In this document: piece by piece, positions 36,205 to 41,828 of the stretch
Layout of the letters: every line of letters starts with the position of its first letter
How positions within the stretch are numbered: position 1 is the first letter of the stretch
DNA from: Perkinsus olseni
Lineage: Eukaryota
Direction of reading: 5' to 3'
Length of the DNA stretch: 41,828 nt
Assembly (NCBI GenBank): GCA_013115125.1
Contig: JABANN010000295.1
Span: 1 to 41,828, forward strand
The notes under the pieces: generated by a model
The model's input: the letters and a program-made list of their open reading frames with translations, nothing else
Databases searched by the model: none
Told to the model about the DNA's origin: nothing
Translations under genes and position numbers: made by a program

Positions 36205-38744
36205 ATGAGTAGTGGTAGTAGTACCAATTCCAAGGACAGTTTCCCTCCTCAGCAGTACAGTACTGATGCTGGGGTTACTGCCACTGGGCTTGCCACTATG
36301 GTGGGGTACAGCAGGGCGATGGCGCTGTGGATGATGGTCGTGCTGTTAGGCTACTATGAAGAACACTTTCCTTGACTTCGGCGCTCCGGCTCCTGAGGTT
36401 AACCTACGGCAGAGGTCCAAGACCTTGCCCGTAGTACCCAACATGAAGGAGCTCTTGCAAAGCTCTCTCGCTAAAGGGGTGAGTAGTGAACATGCCGGAC
36501 ACCTGTTTTCATCATCATGGTCAGGCCATGCACCATACGAGCTTCGACGAAGAGGAAGAGGAGGAAGAGGATGACGATCATACTGAGGTTGATGCGGACT
36601 ACACTGTAAGCGTGTTGTCCTATCGAGGTTCGTCATGTCCTTTGTACAGGTTCTTACACCGCCAGAGAGAACTGCCTTATCACCATCTGGGCATGATGAT
36701 GCTGCGAGGTCAGCGGGCCCAGACCGATTCCGAACGCCCCTACCTTCATCTGCTCAGGTCCTGCCGGCCAGAGACGGCCGTCGGGGCACAACTCTCCAAG
36801 CCTCCTCCCAATCCGTCGTCATCGTCATCGGCCACTATTGACCAGCTTATTGCCATGCAGCTGTTAGCCACCCTGCAAACGCAACAACTACAGCAGGGGT
36901 CCACGGGCGTCCAATTCGGCCTCGGCAGCAGTCCCTGGCGGAGAGGGCAGGTGCTGCTGCGGAAGGGGGGATCTCGTATGTGTGGTTTTCTCCCTACTCT
37001 GATTTATCTTAGGCTAATGATTGCGGTGTCGAGTCCGACGATGACTTTCCTCCCATCTCGGAGGCGTCTTCCTCGCTGGGTGGCTCTAGAGGCTGGGACT
37101 ACACCCTAGTGGATCTCGACAAGGAGGTGATTCCCGTCGCCGCGGGCTGGTCTTTGCTTAAGACCCTCTTCAGATCGACGTATCGCCGCGCAAGCCTCGC
37201 GGCCACGGCCTCCCGCAGTCTCGGGCTCCTTCGAACTTGGTTCCAGCTAGAAACAACAGTAGGACTAGTTGGGCTGACGCGGGCAGGCTGTATGATTTGG
37301 GCAGGTGGTGGTACTCCGACTAATGATACTGACAAGACTACTGTCATGTTACGGAATATTCCCAACAAGTGCGCCTATCCACCTGTCCCTTGCCGGACGA
37401 TGATCCCCGTCGTCTCAGGTACACTCAGAGGATACTCCTCAACTCCATCGATGGCCGAGGCTTCGAAGGGACGTACGACTTCTTCTACTTGCCTATCGAC
37501 TTCCGCAACAGATGCAACCTCGGGTAGCTTGCCTTCGTCTGCTCCATGGTCCTCCCTGTACGGCATTCGGCAGGTATGCTTTTATCAATTTTACCACAAA
37601 CGAGTCGGCGGTTGCCTTTACCCACTCTTTCAACGGCTATGCTCTTCCAGCATTCAAGTCCACTAAAGTTTGTGAGGTGTGTCAGGCTCGACCCCATCCG
37701 CAGTCGGCACCCCTTCTTCAATGCTTTAGGTTTGCTGGGCCCGAGTCCAAGGCTTGGAAGCCAACGTCGAGCATTATCGCAACTCCCCAGTGAACGAGAT
37801 GCCCCATAATGAGTATAAGCCCATGCTCTTTGCTCAAGGTAGAAGCGTATCAGTGTGTGCTAGATGGTTGACGAGCTTCCTCAGGTCATCCGGTGGAGTT
37901 CCCTCGTCCCTTGTCGGCAGCCGACAGTGGCGATCAGAAGCTGGTCGTGCATCAGACGCCACAGCACACGGGAGGGTGAGGGGTGGATGTCGTTTTTGCC
38001 GTTGATTGTCTTCAATTTCGCAGGGGTATCTTGCAGCCACCACCATCGCAAGTCAACCCACAGCAAGGTAGAAATGCGACCTTCATTGTTATCTGCCAGC
38101 ATGTCGGTAAAGATACCGTGGGCAACTCGAGTAGCAGTGGCGCGGCAATGATTCGGAGAAATAAGATCTTTATCGGCGGTCTGTCGGTCACCAGCACGAG
38201 CGAGGCCATACGCCAGCATTTCCAGCAGTGGGGTCGGGTCACCGAGGCCGCGGTCATAACTGATAAGAAGACTGGTAAGGGCGAACTAGTGGTCGAGAGT
38301 ACCATCATCGCCATCCATAGGCCAATCGCGTGGCTTCGGTTTCTGCACTTACGCTCATGATGTGCCTGATGAAGTGCTGACGGCTGAGCATTGGGTGGAT
38401 GGCCGGAACATCGGAGTCCGGATATACGCTAGCGGCCCCCCGACACAGACTAGTAGGCTCGAACAGGGTGTCGTGTATTCACCCTGGTGCTCTCAGGCGC
38501 TGTTACTTCCTCTAGAGTTGTTCAACATGACTTGGGCTTGCCCCAAGAAGTGGTAGCAGCAGGTGGACCTCTTCAGTCCGTAAGAATCACCGAGGGGTTC
38601 TCGTGTAGGTTCTGCATTTCTTCCTCAGGCTTCGGTGAGGAGAGATTACTTGAGCCTGTTGGCTCCGCATGCACCGTCGCTATCACCAACGTCTTTCTAA
38701 GCGAAGCGCAAGATTTTGAAAGTTGCTATTACTTCTACTACTGA
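36205..38744 (+). CDS. Mei2-like RNA-binding protein (Mei2 RRM3-type domain plus a C-terminal canonical RRM)
   Basis: MKNTFLDF motif; Mei2 RRM3 signature TTVMLRNIPNKYTQ...[23 protein letters not shown]...KVCEVCWARVQGLEANVEHYRNSPV; then KIFIGGLS...WGRVTEAAVITDKKTGQSRGFGFCTY. Both ends are approximate. Confidence 0.9.
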
Positions 38745-39137
38745 GAAGCCTATGACCAAGCATCTTTGCGTCAAGTGAATATTTCTGTCATTTATCATGA
38801 GCCGTCAATTCAGACGGTTGTGGTTCGGAAGCACCAGCTGCATTCGACGTCTTTCCGCTGCCATTATAAGGTTGGGCAGCAATCTAGTTTTTTTGCGTTA
38901 CCATCTTGTATTTTCCGTAGCACTCAGCCTAGAGCTCTATTACCATCTAGTTCTACTACCACCCTCAGAGGGTTTAATATTGGTTTCAGTATGTGCAACA
39001 CAACAGCAAACCAATGTTGGGTAGATAGTCGGCACAGTTGGTTGATAAATTTTCACGACTTCCCACCGTCCGCCAAATCGAGCCCGATGTATCTACCATG
39101 GAAATAGTTCGCACTGGCGCACTAGGACCTTGCCGGC

Positions 39138-40129
39138 CTACCTGGTCTGGCCCGATAGCCTCTCCTGAGACCCAGTTAACCTAGGGGCGAGCTGTTTGGC
39201 ACACTCGGGGCTGAGCAGCTCCGTGCACGTTATGGCCCGTGGCAGCAGGCGAGGGTTGGTCAGATCTACAGTGACCGAAGTAAGGCAACAGCCGAACACA
39301 TCATGCGTGCTACCGCCGTCATCAGGGAAGAGTCGTGCTTTCGAAGTTCCGTAGGGCTGCAGGCCTTCCATTACAGCGAAGCTGCGTGGGTAGTCGGCAC
39401 GTAGACGACTCATCTTCAAGGGGTGGACCTTAGGCTGGTCACTCCTCGATGCACATGCCGCCCAGGGTGCCCGAAGGCCCTGAGTAACTTCGCGATGGAG
39501 TTTCGTAAACGTGTTCGAGATACATGGTTACCTTACGCCCCGCTGTTGTTAGTACAAGAGGCTTAAGACCAGCCGTCAAGCCAAGATACGCCTCGTCGTA
39601 TCGGGGAAAGCTCTGCTCGTACAGCGTACCATCTCCGAACAGGCCTCCCTTGGCTTGCCTGAGGAGGTCTCCTACTACTTGTCCGTAACGGCGACGCGAA
39701 TCCATGTGAGACAAGTGTTCTAACCCATGGCTCTTACGATGCAGCAGACGAGGAAGATTCGATCGGGTTTGGCGCAGCTACTGGCTCGTCGGAAAAGGTG
39801 GTCTGGCCTCCCTAATAGCACTGGCAACATCCGCAAGAAACCGCAGTCCACTCGCTATACCATGCATCCGCCAGTTCTATGCCTTGCGATGTTACGGATG
39901 AGACCTTCGCTGAAGAAGTGATATCTGAGCGTCCGCCATCAGGCATCTCCTTATTAACGGGTTGAAGGGAAAGAGTTGAGGAGCTGTACTTGTCAACTTT
40001 GAGCAGAGTTTCATCTTCTGCGTTCTCCTCTCGTTTTTTTGTTCGTTTCTTTACTCCGTTTCCCTTGACTACAGACATTAACAAGGAACCAAGGCTCTGT
40101 CCAGTGGTTCCCATGGCACGATTGACCAT
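39138..40129 (-). CDS. Hypothetical protein, multi-exon
   Basis: Consecutive minus-strand open segments (39812-40189, 39439-39714, 39138-39419) with intron-like gaps. No recognisable motif, and exon phases are not resolved. Confidence 0.4.
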
Positions 40130-40185
40130 CACAAGACCATCAGCTGGTGGATAACAACGCACAAGCGCATAAGCATGAATGAGCG

Positions 40186-41365
40186 TCACGACGATAATAG
40201 ACGGTTCTCCGAGGACCTCAGGGAGTGTTCAAGGCGGCCAGCAGCCAGACTCAGGTCCCTCTCTGGCGACTTTTTCAATGCCTGGATCCGTCGAACAGCA
40301 CCTAACCAGAGAAGGAGTTCAGACTTCTCCCGTCCATAGTCTATCCAACCTCTCTCCTGTATGATAGCTGTGGCCAGCTTCTCATCAACCTCTCCTGAAT
40401 CTGCAGTCACCAAGTCCTGCAGCGCCTCGACTGCGTCCCAGTCGGAGTCTGAGGGGTCAGCGTGGAGCGTTCGATGCCGCCGCAGCTGAGCTCACCAATG
40501 CTGTTGGGAGTTCCCCTGATATGCCGAATTATCAGAGGTATTCCGCCCCGGTCGACGAACTCGTACCGGTATCTAACGATGCAGCATCGGGCTGCTACTA
40601 CCACTGCTGCGGTGATTACCGTGGTGATAGGCGGTAGATATTGGAAGCAAGGCTGAAGGCTGTCGAACGTACTCCCTCCACCTGGTTGTCCATGAAGGGG
40701 AACAGCAGGGGGAAGAGGCCGTGCTGAAGAACGGACGTTGACAGGGGAATCTTCTGGTCCACTCTTACTCGATACATGTCCAGGCAGTTCGCTGGGCAAT
40801 CGATGGCCAAGTAGCTCAATGCTACTAACCCACAATCAACACGGTCCTTAGTGGACTCAGGCGACCTGTCGAGACGACACCTGCAACTCCCTAGTGTATG
40901 ACAGCGCATGTTGCATCACCTAACGAAGTCGACAAGTGTAGCGATGCCTCCTGCTCTTCGGACTCTGTCTTTGGCCTCCTGCGCTACGTCCTCTCCTTCA
41001 GAGTAGGCCGCAATGGCGAGCCGGGTTCCTAGGAGGGATGAGGTCCACACCAGAGCCTCATCTGTACTAGGGTACGGTACCAGCTATAACGCCTATCGTT
41101 CGGGGATTGTCGGCCCATGCGTGATGGGCATCAGAGTCCTCGGGCATCCTGTACGGCTCGAGAGAGCTTAGTAGCTCCACTAGCTGTTCGTAATCACGGT
41201 TCTGACTAGCTACGACGAACCTGATGCACTCAAGAGGTCTTCTACCACGAGTGACGTGCTGGTGGATTACGTATGGTAGTCAGTAGAAGCGAGGCCGTAC
41301 TGCTCGAGAACACTCTTAGCTTTGTATCGGGTGTATTCACGATCAAAGCAACAGTTGTTGCCCAT
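40186..41365 (-). CDS. ARO: Armadillo Repeats Only (ARO) homologue, rhoptry-positioning protein family
   Basis: Starts MGNNCCF (myristoylation/palmitoylation signature). HAWADNPRTIGVIAGTRLAI, KDRVRRAGGIATLV, DRVDCGLVALSYLAIDCPANCLDMY, RYEFVDRGGIPLII and ALKKSPERDLSLAA align with apicomplexan ARO motifs as I recall them (HPWAADPKTIGAL, DRVHAAVVALSFL, CPEQDLAEA). Confidence 0.85.
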
Positions 41366-41828
41366 TCATGTAAAGGGGCGTAAAAAAGACCAAGTCTGAA
41401 TCTCAAAGGTCCGCTCTTCAACAACGCCCAAATAAACGCTATCCTGAGGCGACCAAACAGGTTCGGAAGGCCGTGGATAACCCAGCACTTCCACTCTACA
41501 AAAGGATCGTATCAGCGGATGATCAATGCGATTTACTATATCACAGCATAGCAAAACGTCGGCCTTCCGATTGGGTCCTTAGCGGTAGTTCAGCAGTGTA
41601 GTTCCTAGTGCTTTCTTTCACATCAGTACGAAAGACTAATATAAAAACCTACTCCGCACGTTGGAGCTCAGTCATATTGGGTAAATATATCATCATTTGC
41701 AGATTGTTCAATTATGGTAGCGTGGAAGTGTGCATCTCTCGCCGTATATCCATAGTGTTGTAGTTCCATGGAGACCCTGTGTTGTTTGATGAACCCGAAG
41801 CCATGGTGAGTGAATGATAACAGATTAA

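Noticed and set aside
1-41828. Spliced-leader RNA gene or relic SL (CCGTAGCCATYTTGGCTCAAG)
   Set aside because: I did not find the motif by eye on either strand.
41768-41828. Start of another plus-strand gene (ATG followed by the GTGAGT donor)
   Set aside because: Truncated by the window edge, with too little sequence to support a call.

Overview
Gene-dense eukaryotic DNA with many short (about 40-60 nt) GT-AG introns, so the ORF track shows only exon fragments. I rebuilt the gene models by splicing exons by hand, and boundaries are approximate where noted. The ARO, RAP-domain, IscX-like and Mei2-like (KNTF motif) genes and the intron style point to a myzozoan alveolate, most likely Perkinsus (inference). 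Contents in order: a minus-strand block (patatin/PNPLA-like lipase, conserved hypothetical, scramblase-like hypothetical, UTP6); tRNA-Arg(CCG) at a divergent strand switch; a plus-strand block (GpsA-type glycerol-3-phosphate dehydrogenase, RCC1+BTB protein, a tRNA-like fragment, Enhancer of Polycomb-like, a small basic protein, a 2.4 kb gene-free gap with a palindromic minisatellite, a RAP-domain protein, a CocE/NonD hydrolase); a minus block (an IscX-like Fe-S protein missed by the ORF track, a FAF2/UBX protein, ATAD3); a Mei2-like RRM gene (+); then a hypothetical gene and an ARO homologue (-). Highlights are the mitochondrial-type IscX-like gene, the ARO homologue, several candidate structured or Pol III RNAs, and the palindromic repeat. 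I found no CRISPR array, rRNA, intact mobile element or clearly novel multi-gene system.
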